Source: Microthyrium microscopicum (lineage: Eukaryota). From it: DNA of 64,000 nucleotides. Position numbers and translations under genes: made by a program. A model generated the notes under the pieces. The model was not told the DNA's origin. It did no database searches and saw nothing but the letters and a program-made list of their open reading frames with translations. Below, in pieces: positions 35,738 to 48,207 of the stretch. Location: contig MU004230.1 in the NCBI GenBank assembly GCA_010405405.1, positions 1,026,627-1,090,626 on the forward strand, given 5' to 3'. Positions within the stretch are counted from its first letter, which is position 1, and every line of letters begins with the position of its first letter.

Positions 35738-36541
35738 CTATAAGATACCTTCTTTCCGAGCAACCTCTATTATAGCGTTTGTAACCTTTTGCACATCGGA
35801 TGACTTGAGTGGTACTCGATGAGCACCATCCCATTCCACCAACGTTGTCGCAGCTGGATCGCAGTACTGCTGAAGAAGCCTTTGATGTAGATGCAATCCA
35901 GCATCCTGTAATCCATGAACATGAATAGTAGGAAGGCGTAGAATATGTTCCGTCGATATTGTTTCGATTGCCTCAAATCCTTCTGAAACCTCTGAAGCTG
36001 TAACCAGTGCCTCAATACCATCTGTCTCCTCCCTCAAACTGACTAATGGTGCTCTACCAGCTAAGAGGACTGCAAATTTGAAGGTAGGCTTTGTATCATC
36101 CTCTGCCGTGCTCTTACCAGCTTCTTTTTGTAGATTCCGATATTGTTGCTCATAAAGTAAACTTGCTGCCAGTTTCGCTCCTTGACTGAAACCAATCATT
36201 CCGACCCAAGCTCCAGTGCCTCCAGCCAAATCATCTGCTTCCATCGCATCTCTTAGTTGGTACCAAATCTCATCTGCCGCTGCTTCTGCTTCTACTTCAG
36301 GATGTTCCGGAAGCCAACGAAGCCAGCGTCGAAAGGGGCCGTACTCTTCATATACGGGGACAATTCCTGGGCCTGGATCGCAGTAAAAGGGCCCGTCTGC
36401 AAAAACAAAGCGAAATTGGCCGTTGAGTGTTTTGATGATCGTTCGAGCTTGCATGCGGAATACTTCTGCATTGACTCCTCCACCGTGTAGACATAGAATG
36501 CGCGGTAAGGCTTTGTTGGCAGTTTCACCGACATTTGCCAT
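35738..36541 (-). CDS. FSH1/DUF341 serine hydrolase (CtnB/CitA-like)
   Basis: LPRILCLHGGGVNAEVF, nucleophile motif GFSQG, HVHGLQD, WDGAHRVP. ATG taken at 36541. Confidence 0.88.
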   Translation of the reverse strand: MANVGETANKALPRILCLHGGGVNAEVFRMQARTIIKTLNGQFRFVFADGPFYCDPGPGIVPVYEEYGPFRRWLRWLPEHPEVEAEAAADEIWYQLRDAMEADDLAGGTGAWVGMIGFSQGAKLAASLLYEQQYRNLQKEAGKSTAEDDTKPTFKFAVLLAGRAPLVSLREETDGIEALVTASEVSEGFEAIETISTEHILRLPTIHVHGLQDAGLHLHQRLLQQYCDPAATTLVEWDGAHRVPLKSSDVQKVTNAIIEVARKEGIL

Positions 36542-37145
36542 GATTGGCGAGATTGGTAGATGTGTGGTGTTGAAGGATTGAAAGAGAAGAAGTAGCGGCC
36601 CAGGAATTAGTAGTGGATATCTCAAAAGTAACGACACCCTCTAGCATGATGGGAGGTGCTGAGTGATTATTTGATTAAGATCCGAGGACGTTAGGGAGAT
36701 TGGGAGATGTACTTTGAAGCTCTCGGTTCTCCACCGCCGTCAGCACAATTGGGTCGCTGAGACCGGTAGATCTCGTATTTTTAATCCATGTTTCATACTT
36801 GGTTGTTTTTATTTTTATACCCGACACCCCTACTTCTCTGTACAGGGGACATATCTTCAAGATTGTCTTCAAGATTGCACGTGCTATGGTAGCACATATG
36901 ACAAGTTTAAAACTTCATTGTTCAGAGCATGTCTTTCAGCACTCGAACAAAGAAAAATGGAATTTCTGCTTTCAGATATTGATCATGTATAACAATAAAG
37001 CAGCGTCTTGTTAGTTTCAGGATACTAGTAACTGTAGCCAAACACAATTCTGGTACTTCTTCAGCTTCGAATTTCCAGCGTGCTCCACTCTGTATTCTTC
37101 TAGCACCACAGCCTACAGGTATACTCGACATTAACAACACATCAG

Positions 37146-37310
37146 ATGAACGAAGTCATAACAGCCCCAGCGGCACCTATGGATGTCGGTGGCACGATTC
37201 GTTCTCACCTCACTGAAGTTGTGTTAGGATGCTTGGTCGGATTCTTTGCATTGATCATCCTGATCATCATCATCGTCAAGATCAGGAAGCACAGGAAGGG
37301 AAGGAAGTAG
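37146..37310 (+). CDS. Putative 54-aa single-pass membrane microprotein
   Basis: MNEVITAPAAPMDVGGTIRSHLTEVVLGCLVGFFALIILIIIIVKIRKHRKGRK*: a 20-residue hydrophobic helix followed by a basic tail. Absent from the supplied ORF track, whose shortest entries are 60 aa. Confidence 0.6.
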   Translation: MNEVITAPAAPMDVGGTIRSHLTEVVLGCLVGFFALIILIIIIVKIRKHRKGRK

Positions 37311-37444
37311 AGAGCGGGCGAGGGAAGCAGAATATGGGTTAATGTCATTCTGCTTTCATACTGTCCATATAATACAGACCATCATACACCACGTTAATCT
37401 TCGTCGCGTCATCCTGACCATGATATGTACAGGAGATACCGTGA

Positions 37445-38790
37445 TTATATGTCAGCATAGGAGATTTTCTGCACTATAATTCCAGTTGCTGCTCCCCCAC
37501 CATTGCAGATTGCGGCGCAGCCATACTGACCGTCTTGTAATTGATGAAGTAGTGTCGTCAGGATTCTGCTTCCCGAGCTTCCCAGCGCGTGTCCAAGAGC
37601 AATAGCGCCTCCTCGGAGGTTGACTTTAGCATTCTCCAGCCCCAAAACCTTCTCGTTTGCTTTGATAACTGCCGCAAACGCTTCGTTGAATTCCCAGATA
37701 GCGATGTCTTCCTTTTTTAAGCCTGCTCTTTTCAGTACCAAGGGAACAACTTTAGCTGGTGCCACTGGGAAATCGATCGGATCTACAGCAGCATCACCAT
37801 AGGCAATGATTCTGGCGAGAACTCTCGACTCCTTGCCGTATTGTTGCGCTGTCTCTTTGGAGCCAAGAACCAAGGCACTTGCGCCGTCGCTGAGGGGTGA
37901 ACTGTTTGCAGCTGTGACAGTGCCATTTCCTGATCGATCAAAGACAGGCTTCAAGGTCGGGACCTTTTCCAGTTTGAGTTTGTTGTACTGTTCGTCCTCC
38001 GATACAATAGTGTCACCCTTCTTGCCCGGAACCGTCACTGGAACAATTTCCTCCTTGAATAGACCTTGCTTATAGGCGTCCTGCGCGCGCTTATAAGACT
38101 GAATAGCATAATCGTCTTGATCCTTTCTGGAGATTTCGTACTTCTTGGCTGTATTTTCAGCGCAGTTGCCCATGTGAATTTGATTGTACACATCCCAAAG
38201 ACCGTCTCCTACAAGGCCATCGACCAGTTTCATCTCGCCAAAGGCGGGCTGTTGACTTGATCGTGGAAGAAAATACGGCACTCTTGTCATATTTTCCATA
38301 CCCCCGGCAACTATAGCATTCGACTGGTCCAATTGGATTGTCTGAGCGGCCATTGTCACTGCCTTCAAGCCCGAAGAGCAGACTTTGTTTATAGTGGTGG
38401 CTTCTACCGACGTAGACAAACCAGCGAATATAGCAGCTTGTCTGGCAGGAGCTTGACCAGAATGACCTTGTAGAACCTGTCCCATATAGACTTCGGTTAT
38501 TTGGTCGTATGGAACTGTAGACTTATCCAACGCGGATTTAATGGCAGCGGCGCCTAAACGGGGAGCGGATACGGATGTAAAAGAGCCATTGAACTGCGTA
38601 AGATGTCAGAACAGCTTCGTGGATTTGAGGAACACCATCAACATACGACTCCAACAGGCGTCCGGGATGCACTGAGAATGTATGCGTCCTTTAGTTTAGG
38701 TGAATATGACGCGAAACTTCGCCTTGTGATGGGTGTGCTGTAGCTTGAAGGAACGAGGCGCAACCGCGACAATGGCCTGCATACAGCCAT
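37445..38790 (-). CDS. ERG10: Acetyl-CoA C-acetyltransferase (thiolase II, ERG10-like) with probable mitochondrial presequence
   Basis: Exons 38790-38647 and 38593-37445. [37 protein letters not shown]; Arg/Ser-rich N-terminus. Confidence 0.9.
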
Positions 38791-39375
38791 GACAACGACT
38801 TTTATGGATACCGAAACTTGGAGGGAAGGATGAAGAGGATCGAGAAGCAATAACGAGGCGTATTATTGAGAAGAATAAAACTGCTTAAGGGTGTGATTAG
38901 TGGTCAAAGTCGCCGCCACGCTCAGTTGATGTCAGTAGGCGGCTGTAGTCGGCTAGTGGAGGCACTAAACAAGGAGGTTTTCCACATTTGAGCAAATCCA
39001 TTTTGGCATGTGCTAATCACGAGTATGGTACCACTACCGGTATGGTAATTAAGCACTCAATGTTGGATCATCGTTAATTCACCAAAGAAAATAGTACTAC
39101 TGTCATTTCAAGACACGAGAAAGAGTGGGATAGACCGGATCTGTTCAAGGAATAATTGAACCATATGAGCTTCAATTTGCCCCGCGTTTATATCGGGTTA
39201 CCGCAGAGAGCTGCCCAGTTGACATTTGAGTCACCTTAATGCCATCTTCTGGTTGATTTTGCCTTGCCAGTTTCTTCTCTCTCGTCTTTCTATCTCTTCA
39301 AGCCCTCGCCGTGCTCCCCCAGTAATCCAACTCCAACTTCAAACCGTATTACGAATTCATTCACATAAGCTCAGT

Positions 39376-40126
39376 ATGGCAGGAAAGCGAGGGGCAGGCG
39401 AAAACAGCAAGAAGGTTGCTGGTCAGGCTCGCAAAGCTGACGCTGCCGCTGCCAAAAAGGGCGCTGCCCAAGAACGAGAAGCTGCTGCTGAATCTGCAAC
39501 ATGGAAAGATGGCGCCAAAGACTCTAGCAAAAAGTGAGTGGCGCATTATCGTTAACTGGATCATTGCCACCGTTACAGCTCCCAGTAGAACCTATGCTAA
39601 TCATCTCGTCGTTTATAGAGAAGCCGCCGCAGCCAAAGCTCAAGAAGCCGCACGCAAGAAAGCCGAACGCGCTGCGTTGGAAGCCGAAGAAATGTCCAGC
39701 CTCAAGACAGCCAAAACTGGCAATGCGAAGACAGCGGCACCAAAGAAAAGTCGTGGATTGGACCTTGCCCAACTCGACTCTGCCGATGATACCAAGACCT
39801 CCTCTCTTAACGCTACCGGAATCGACAATGCTCTGGACGCCCTTGCTCTGACCAGCAATACAAACGAAGAGGTAGATCGTCATCCTGAGAGACGATTCAA
39901 GGCTGCATACAACGCATTCGAAGAGCGGAGACTGGAAGAGATGAAGGATGACAAATCCCTAAGGCGGCAGCAGAAGATTGTGCTGATTCGAAAAGAGTTC
40001 GAAAAGCATCCGGATAATCCTTTCAACCAAACGAGTGCGAATTACAACGCAACGCGGGCCGAACGCCAGCAAATAACTGCTGAAGCAAAGAAAAAGATCG
40101 AGTCGCATTTGGGCGTGAGCACATGA
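39376..40126 (+). CDS. Coiled-coil domain protein 124 (CCDC124/Lso2/Oxs1 family)
   Basis: Exons 39376-39533 and 39619-40126. GENSKKVAGQARKA, ATGIDNALDAL, DRHPERRFKAAYNAFEERRL, EFEKHPDNPFNQ. Confidence 0.9.
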
Positions 40127-40833
40127 TGAGTCGCTCCAACGCATGGTTCAGTGTGATTAGTTGGTTTCAAGAGCCATTCAACATCACGGAATTGCAACAC
40201 CTAGAGAACAGTATGCTCTGTATGATATAATAACTGTTATTTGATAACCGAGCAACGGGCCAAATACTGGCACAGTCTCATCAAATTATCTATGTCCGCT
40301 GATATCATCAGTTTCACGAATTTTTTCGTTCCCAGTGAGTACATCAAAATGGATATTGGAGTCTTTGAGTACATCATGGATCATGGACAGTAGTTTTTGA
40401 TGTAACAAGGCCCTGTTCATCAGCCCAATGAGCGATAGACATCAATTCAGCAGTACTGATCGATGTGCTATTGTACGTCTTCTCGTGGAAGTCGGTACAT
40501 AACTACTGGTGGTAGCAAGAATTGACACTTGTCGACTCACCAATGCAAATATCACATCAGGCTACGATGTGATGATACCAGATACTAGTTGTATTTTCGC
40601 AAATTATACTCGCTCTGAAGGAAACAAGGCTAAATCACTCTCGCAATTGTACAGGTGATGTTCTCAATTTCGCCAAAAGTACTCAATCCACCTAACGCTA
40701 TGCGAGCCTTTGTAGGAAAGAAAAGAACCAATCCAGTCATTATATACAAACAATTTGTTCGTTGATCATAAATAGTTGTCGAATCATTTGGAAAGAAGAA
40801 CACCAAAACTCAAACATACCGCCTTTCAATCTG

Positions 40834-41804
40834 TCATGACGGATAACGTCCACTGAGATAGCTTTGAGGCATTCCCATGCCAGGTGGAGCATACGGGGCA
40901 TGTGGTATTGGCGCTGTCGCTCGTCCAGAAGCTGGCATATTCATACCGGCAAAACTCATGTAATCTTTGCTATGTCGTTTCTTGCCAGAGGGTCGACTTG
41001 GATGTCCTTCTTGCACTGGTGTCGACCGTCCAGCCTTTGATGATGATCTGGTTAAGCCTGTCATACCTGCCATCGCTGACATACCAGGCATACCGGCCAT
41101 GCTCGACATGCTAGCCATGCCAGACATGCCAGCGAGTCCTCCGGGGTGACCATTCGACATGTTGTGATTCGTCGGAGCACCATGACCGGCAAGATTCTGA
41201 TCATGAAGTAGTTTTGCGATTGCGTCGACACTGAATTCGCTGCCCTTGATGGATGAGGTTGTTTTACTGTTTCTGCGAGTCTTTTTTGTTGCAGATGAAG
41301 TACCAGTTGTTGACCGTGATCTTTCGATAGGCGGCCTCGTCACTGACTGGAACGAGGGGACGGGAGCTATGATGTTTGTCGGTCCATTAACATCCTTTGG
41401 CGTTTGTATATTGACCATGGAGTAATAGTAAGTCAGAACTTCTGGGTACCTGACAACACAATTACGCCAGTCGCCGTCAATCTGATTACGAAGATCCACA
41501 TCAGCTTCATGTATCTGTCGCCGGAGTTCTTGGAGAACATTTGGGTGAAGTGGTGGCCGGCCATGGTATTGCTCATATATGGATATATATGGAAGTGCTT
41601 TGATGTAAGCATTGTAGTTAGACAGACGAGTCTCCTTCATTGCCTTGAATGTGTTCGTCACATGGCTAATTGCATGATTGGCAACCCACTCACTATCCAA
41701 GTTTAGCAAGGCTATCTACGAGACTGCCAAACATCCAAGTTGACTTACCGAGTCTTTTCTCGCCACTTGTCCAGCCACTGTGTCTCTGCTTGGGCTATAG
41801 CCAT
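40834..41804 (-). CDS. Hypothetical protein
   Basis: Exons 41804-41749 and 41692-40834 (56-nt GT-AG intron that restores the frame). Globular-looking N-terminus (DGDWRNCVVRYPEVLTYYY) and a low-complexity Met/Gly-rich C-terminus. Confidence 0.7.
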
Positions 41805-43499
41805 ATTTAATCGTGTACTTTCACATCCTGAGGCACAATCTGGATCCGCGGGTCCACCACAGACGGCACAGCTCGCCTGGTAATCCCTGCGATTCATCGA
41901 GGTTGGTTCAAGTGATAGGCGGTACCAATAGGTTCAGGTTGAGGAAACAGAATATGGAATGTAATCGGAGTTTGAGCTTTGACATGGAATATATATTGAT
42001 AGGGGGTTGTTATGGTCCTGTGTTGATTCGATGTGGTGGTCGGTGATGAACTGATGATGGCAACAACGATATCAAAGTCGAAAAATAACAAGGCAATCCT
42101 ACAGCCGCAATACTATGCTCGGCCAGAAAGAGATGGTGGGAGAGTGGATGAATAGAAAGCGGTCTACATCGTGATAGGTAGCACCAGGTTCGACGTGGCG
42201 ATGACAGCGGGACAATACCGCCTGACAGGTTCCTTGGGGAGAAGCAGTGTGGAGTGGTGAGGGCAGAGGATGAGGTGAAACCAGCTGGACTGCAAAGAGG
42301 AGATGCAGGAGGCGATGAGAGTGGATGGGACAGTGGTGGTGGATTGCTGGGCCCACAACGCTACGACCTTTGGAGCGTTGCCAACAAAACGCTTCCCCGG
42401 AGTCAACGGAGACTACAGACTGCACGATGCGGATAATTCTAGAATACAGAGCTGCAATTGGGACGATTGGATCAAAGTAGGCGGGCGGGTCACAAAACAA
42501 ATAGAGGAGGGTGGTTTGATTCGCTGGGGGAGGATAAGCAAAAGGAAACATGCATCAGTAGCCTGTTGAGCCCACAAGCCTGTTCAACTGTTGCGTTGGG
42601 CTGGGGAAATTCTTACATTCTGTGACATAATCTGCCTCTAGCTGTTTTCTATTCTTGAAATCCTTGCTCTCCATCACATCACAAACAACAGCCACCGCTT
42701 GGTCTCTGATGCGTGATATAGCTGTGAAGGAGAGCCTGAAGAATCCACTCTCTTCAGGATCACCACGTCAAATCGTCCAAAATCCAATGATGCAAGGGCT
42801 TCGTCGAGTCCCCTCTCTACAAGACTGATCTAGGTTGGACCAAAGCAGACGTGGCACCCTCACCGCCCAACTGGCATGCCCGCCGACTGCATGTATCGCC
42901 AAAAATCCTAGACAGTATCATGTGTTGCTCTCTTTGCTTTGGCTCGAGCTACCACCGCCAATGATTGGACTAAGACAGATACTGAAGCTGCAATGTATCT
43001 ATCGGTTAAGGTGATTTGGTGCGAGGTCTCAATTGAAGACTTGTATGCAACTTTGGGGACGGATATTATGTCCGCTCTAAACGTTCGCTTAGATCAAAGA
43101 GCCTGCCATTGCATGTAGCACTTGTCCTCACGCAGTTAGCCAACTGCACAGATAAACCACACGCTGGCAAGCATGGAAAGCCCAAGGAAGCTCTTTTGAG
43201 ATACAGTCGGTGTGGTGCAATGTGTGATGGAGCAGCATTTTTGATGCTCATCCAAGGGAGTTTGATATGCAGGGCTAGGGCTTCTCGCCTTTAACTTCCT
43301 TTTCTGGACCATCGTCGAAGAAGCTTTGATTGCTTGAAGTTAGACATGCTGGTCGGCGAAGAATAACTCTGGACCAGCTCCAAAACTCGAGTCTCTCAAT
43401 CGGTGAGCTACCGTATGCCATTTCCATACAAAGCCGTTGTGACATCTATCGGCACAAGTAGTCGAACTGTTTGACACTGCAGTGTCCAGCGACCTAGCC

Positions 43500-45254
43500 A
43501 TGATCCAGCGCTCCATGCGAATAAGAACGAATCTACGACCATTAAGACCCCCAAATATTCGATCGAATCCCCCGCTACGATCCTTTACCCGTCCAACGGC
43601 TCTTCTCCGACTTTCTGCATTATCAACAAGACCTCAGCTCCCATACCTTGCCCCACCCGCGCAATGCGCTACGCCAGGCCAATGGCAGCTGGCTCGACTC
43701 ATGACGACTGAGAAGGAACGTCTTTTCAGAAAAACAGCATGGGACTTTACCACAGCTCTTGGTGCTGTCCTCGTCCTTTTACCAACAGGTATAATGTTAC
43801 TGTGGTGGATATCGCACGAACTTCTGGAGCGAGATATTCCTACACCACATGAATGGACGTTTAGGTCGAGGTGTTACTGGCATCACATCAAGGCCTTACA
43901 AGACAGGAGTGTTACCCAGGGAAGACTTCCAGACTGGACTATAATCGTTCAGACTTTGCAACTATTGCTAAAGCGGCTCGAAGACTTGAATTTTGACGGT
44001 CAAGGTCTCACCCTAAATAGCCATACGCAGCAGCAGGCCCTGGGAGAGCACTATCTTGACTTGGACATATCGAGAGTATTTGACATTTCGGGAAAGCCAG
44101 AGCCTTGGCGGCGCGGATACTTCCAAGTCATGCTTGAGTTTGCCAAGGCTGCTGAGGCATCTGAGCATATGGTTTATGACAAGAAGAGCAAGTCATTTTT
44201 CATGGCTGAATCTGTCATAGGCCCCTCGAATCCAGACCCTACGCCACTACACTCTGCCGTAAATAAAGCACCACCTCTGGAAGAAAACTGCGTACCTCTT
44301 TCTCCAAGCGCAGAGTCCTTTTACGAGAAAATATTGGCTACCAGAGGTCTGAACGATGATCAACAAGTCGAGACTCTTCTCTCATACAGCGAATGGTTGG
44401 ATAGTCAAGAAAGACATGATCACGCCGAAAGTCTCTTGCGAAAGGCTTTGCAGATTTCAGCATCAGCATTACCAAATTCGTCCGCAATAATTAATTCACA
44501 AACTGGCGTTATTCAAGGCAAGGCTCCATTTGTTACCCAAAATCTGCTTGATTCTGCAACAGCTCTTGGCATTCACCTTGCACAAAATGCAAAAACATCG
44601 GCGGCTTTGTCCATATTTCTGTCTGTGTTACAGGCTTATCGGTCTTGTCCCCGGGACTTGTCGCACGATGGTCGTCCACATTTGTCGTATTCTGGAACGA
44701 TACCAGCTGATGTGCTGATGGCTGGACTACGAGAGAAGTTTTCGCGTCTACTCAGCGATGTAGAATATCCACCACCACCACCTTCTAGGAATTTACCCTT
44801 GGTTCGTAGGGGTGACGAAGGATGCAAAGAAGCTGCAGCGATAATCTACGCCAGTGAGCTTCTATTCGCGACATCTTCATCTAGGCAAGACACGGCACTG
44901 AAGTGGATCAAAGAAGCACTGGAAACAGCCGAGGATCAAGTTTCTGATACCTCTAACTCCATGGACGATAGGTGGCGATGCAATCAGTGTATACCTGTTG
45001 CGCTTGATGCTTGGTGGGACATGATACAGCAATTAAAAGCTGAAGCAGAGAGTCCTCCCCAGCAACCAGGATATCTTACAAGCCTCATACGTAAGCCAAA
45101 GAAGGATTTGGCATCTACATGGCGACGGGAGGAGAGTGAGCATTGGGATTGGGTGCGCAAAGCTGGGAGGGATAATTGGGAGGAGAAGATGTCATTTGAA
45201 CAGTGGAAGATGTGGTCGTGGATGCCGATGTCGACGTTGACTCGAGTGCTTTGA
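43500..45254 (+). CDS. Hypothetical protein, probably mitochondrial, with one TM segment and a TPR-like helical region
   Basis: Arg-rich presequence-like start, TM segment LGAVLVLLPTGIMLLWWI, PTPHEWTFRSR, DISGKPEPWRRGYFQ, SVIGPSNPDPTP; intronless long ORF. Confidence 0.75.
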   Translation: MIQRSMRIRTNLRPLRPPNIRSNPPLRSFTRPTALLRLSALSTRPQLPYLAPPAQCATPGQWQLARLMTTEKERLFRKTAWDFTTALGAVLVLLPTGIMLLWWISHELLERDIPTPHEWTFRSRCYWHHIKALQDRSVTQGRLPDWTIIVQTLQLLLKRLEDLNFDGQGLTLNSHTQQQALGEHYLDLDISRVFDISGKPEPWRRGYFQVMLEFAKAAEASEHMVYDKKSKSFFMAESVIGPSNPDPTPLHSAVNKAPPLEENCVPLSPSAESFYEKILATRGLNDDQQVETLLSYSEWLDSQERHDHAESLLRKALQISASALPNSSAIINSQTGVIQGKAPFVTQNLLDSATALGIHLAQNAKTSAALSIFLSVLQAYRSCPRDLSHDGRPHLSYSGTIPADVLMAGLREKFSRLLSDVEYPPPPPSRNLPLVRRGDEGCKEAAAIIYASELLFATSSSRQDTALKWIKEALETAEDQVSDTSNSMDDRWRCNQCIPVALDAWWDMIQQLKAEAESPPQQPGYLTSLIRKPKKDLASTWRREESEHWDWVRKAGRDNWEEKMSFEQWKMWSWMPMSTLTRVL

Positions 45255-45714
45255 ATATAGCTGAACAAGCTGTAAAATAGTCACAGAATATCCCAATTGT
45301 ACGAGAGCATCTTCTATGTAAATTATACAAAGCAGGCCGGAAATAATCGGGAATAGATTACATATGACTTGGCGATCCAGCGGAATTCCATCCTAGCGGC
45401 CCGGGAGTGCTCGTGCTTGCCTCCCCTGGAACTGGGCTGAGCCTACCCACCATCCTGTCAACCTAGCCATTCGTTGTGGATTCCAGGTCTCTCTGCCTAC
45501 CGCTTCCAACCTTCAATTGCTTTCCTCTTTATTTATCCAACCTCTTGTTTCGACAACACAGAGTTCAGTGTTCGCCACCGCTCTCGAGTCTCCAATCTCT
45601 TCTATTTAGCATTCATCCATCCGCTCACAACTGTATGCCGTCATAGCTCGACTCTGTAGGCTAAGCTGTATTGACCATCAACAGGTACTCTCTGTAAAGG
45701 CCCACAGACTCACC

Positions 45715-48059
45715 ATGGCTTCCCTAAATCTTTCTACCAATGGCCCTTCTATAACAAAAAGCTATCAATCCGTTCTCAATTCTCCCCCACCTTCCGGGCC
45801 TGCGGGCGCATCGCCAACATACGGGCAATGGGCCATCTTTACCGTACAAGCTCCCCTAGTCAGCGCTTTTCAAAATGATGGAAGCAAGGAGAGCGTTATG
45901 AAAGTTCAAAGTACTGGAGAGGGCGAGCTTGTAGATTTTGTGGAAGACTTTTCAGACGGTCGGATACAGTTCGGCTTCGTCAAAGTCAAGGATCCAAATA
46001 CAACACTTCCGAAGTGCGTCCTAGTGGGATGGGTATGTTGCTGAATCTTGGCCTACTTATACAACGGTTCTAATCATGCTTAGTGTGGTGAAGGGGTCCC
46101 AGAACGAACCAAAGGATACTTCACCAGCCATTTAAATACTGTTTCCAAGGTCTTCCAGGTATGACAATTATTTCCCTCAAGTAAGCATCGCTTACTGACT
46201 CGATAAGGGATACCATATTCAAATTACAGCTCGGTCTGATAGTGATATCGCTCCGGAGCGAATCATTCAAAAAGTTTCGGATGCCTCCGGCTCTAAATAC
46301 TCGGGTGGAGGAGATGTTCCGGCGGCTGCCATACCAAAGCCGCCAGCTGGTTCAAAGCCAGTGTTCTTACCAACTAGAGTAGGAAGTTCAGCTTCTGGAT
46401 TCAACCCACTGGGATCTCGAGCCCGAGCATCTCCGTCGGGTGGTGCAGTAGATGAGGATGGATGGGGTGCTGATGCTCCACCTGTAACAAGAACTCAGCT
46501 TGAAAAAGTTGCATCAGCATACAACCCAACCAAAGTCAACCTCGCCGATCTTACGTTCGGTTCAAACAATGGTTCGGGCCCTGATGTCGTAAGAGGAGCT
46601 TACCAGCCCATTGGTAAGGTTGATATTGCGGAGATCCGACGACAGGCAAGAGGAGCCGATCAGGATAATAGGCCAACTCCAGTTAAAGGCGCTTATGAAC
46701 CAATCGGAAAAGTTGATATCGCAGCGATCCGAGCCAAAGCCCAAGGTCCAGGAATGTCATCTCCTCCACCAGCTGCAGATGTTGAGGAGGACGAAGCACC
46801 TAGATCTCTCGCGGACAGAAGTTCGTCCTTCCAACAATCAGAACGTTTGACTACGCTACCAAAGCCGAAAGTGGCTAACAAGTTTGGTGGAGGTTCCACC
46901 TTCACGGGAACAAGAGCACCTGCACCATCGGAGTTCTCAAGATCAGGTGCAGCAGCCGCACCGGTAGGAGCTATCAGTAAGACATTTGCTGATGAGGGAG
47001 GCAAGACTCCAGCTCAAATATGGGCAGAAAAGAAAGCTCGACAAGGTGGAGGCGTCATCAGTCCCTCTTCCACTGGAGCAGGCCTGCAAAGCCAGAAGAG
47101 CGGAGACGGCTGGAAGAGCTCATACACTGGCAAATCCTGGGGAGCAGTTCCTATTAATCGCACTGGACAGTCTACTACTAGCAACAAGAGTGATAGTCGA
47201 CCTGGAAATAATGAACAAGAGGAACCTGAAGAACAGTCAGAAAGTCTCAGTTCCATACGGAACAAGTTCGCCAACGCTCCCCCACCACCTGCCATGGATA
47301 TGTCCAGCAAGCCCACTGGCAGCAGTCGACCTATCCCACCGCCTGTTGAAGAGGACGAAGAAGAATATCGTTCAAGCTCACCGATCCGCGTCGCCATGCC
47401 TGTAGCCCGTGGAGCAGAACCAGAGCAGGAGGAAGAACCACCATTGCCTATTGCTTCCGTAAACAGAGCAGTAGCAGAGTCCAGAGAAATGCCTCCCGAG
47501 CCGCAAGTTGAAGCACATGACCCTGCTCGTGGAGCAGGCATGGCCGCAGCAGAGTCTACATTCGGGCCAGGTGCTGCTTCAGCTCAGCCAGGAGCCAACA
47601 AAGGTGGAAAGCGTGCATTGGTCCAATACGATTATGAAAAGGCGGAGCCCAACGAGATTGAATTGAAAGAGAACGAGTATGTAATCAACATCGATATGGT
47701 TGATGAGGACTGGTGGATGGGCGAAAATGCCGCTGGAGAAGTTGGGCTTTTCCCTGCCAATTATGTCGAGATTGTGGAAGATGAGGAGCCAGCGGCAGCA
47801 GAGCCTACGACTTCGGCTTCGGCTTCGGCTTCGAAGAAGCCAACCGCGACTGCGCAATACGACTATGAAGCAGCTGAAGAAAATGAGCTTAGCTTCCCGG
47901 ATGGAGCCAAGGTCATCAACGTGGTATGTTTTGATTATGTCTCATTGCCAATTTTGACTAACACTATCGTAGGAATTTCCTGATGATGATTGGTGGTTTG
48001 GTGAGTTTAATGGAAAGTCTGGCCTGTTTCCAGCAAACTATGTTCAACTTGATGAGTAA
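45715..48059 (+). CDS. ABP1: Actin-binding protein Abp1/drebrin-like (ADF-H domain plus two SH3 domains)
   Basis: Exons 45715-46032, 46084-46158, 46208-47923, 47973-48059. ADF-H WCGEGVPERTKGYF; SH3 motifs ALVQYDYEKAEPNE..WWMG..GLFPANYV and AQYDYEAAEENEL..WWFG..GLFPANYV. Confidence 0.93.
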
Positions 48060-48207
48060 GAGAGCTTCATTGTGTAGGCAGCGAGCGCTTTCATAGGCAC
48101 TCATAACGCCCTTGTGATTGTTGCTTCTGAAAAGTCCTGTAGCTTCCTTGTCCCAACAGATCCCGAATGTTCTTGGTAGAACGGATCGACCTCAATACAT
48201 ATCAAAA

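Noticed and set aside
40336..40377. Direct repeat TGAGTACATCA x2 between convergent genes
   Set aside because: Only two short copies in a 3'-UTR region, with no TIR, TSD or array structure.
47811..47833. (CTTCGG)n hexamer repeat
   Set aside because: Simple coding microsatellite (SASASAS) in the Abp1 inter-SH3 linker.
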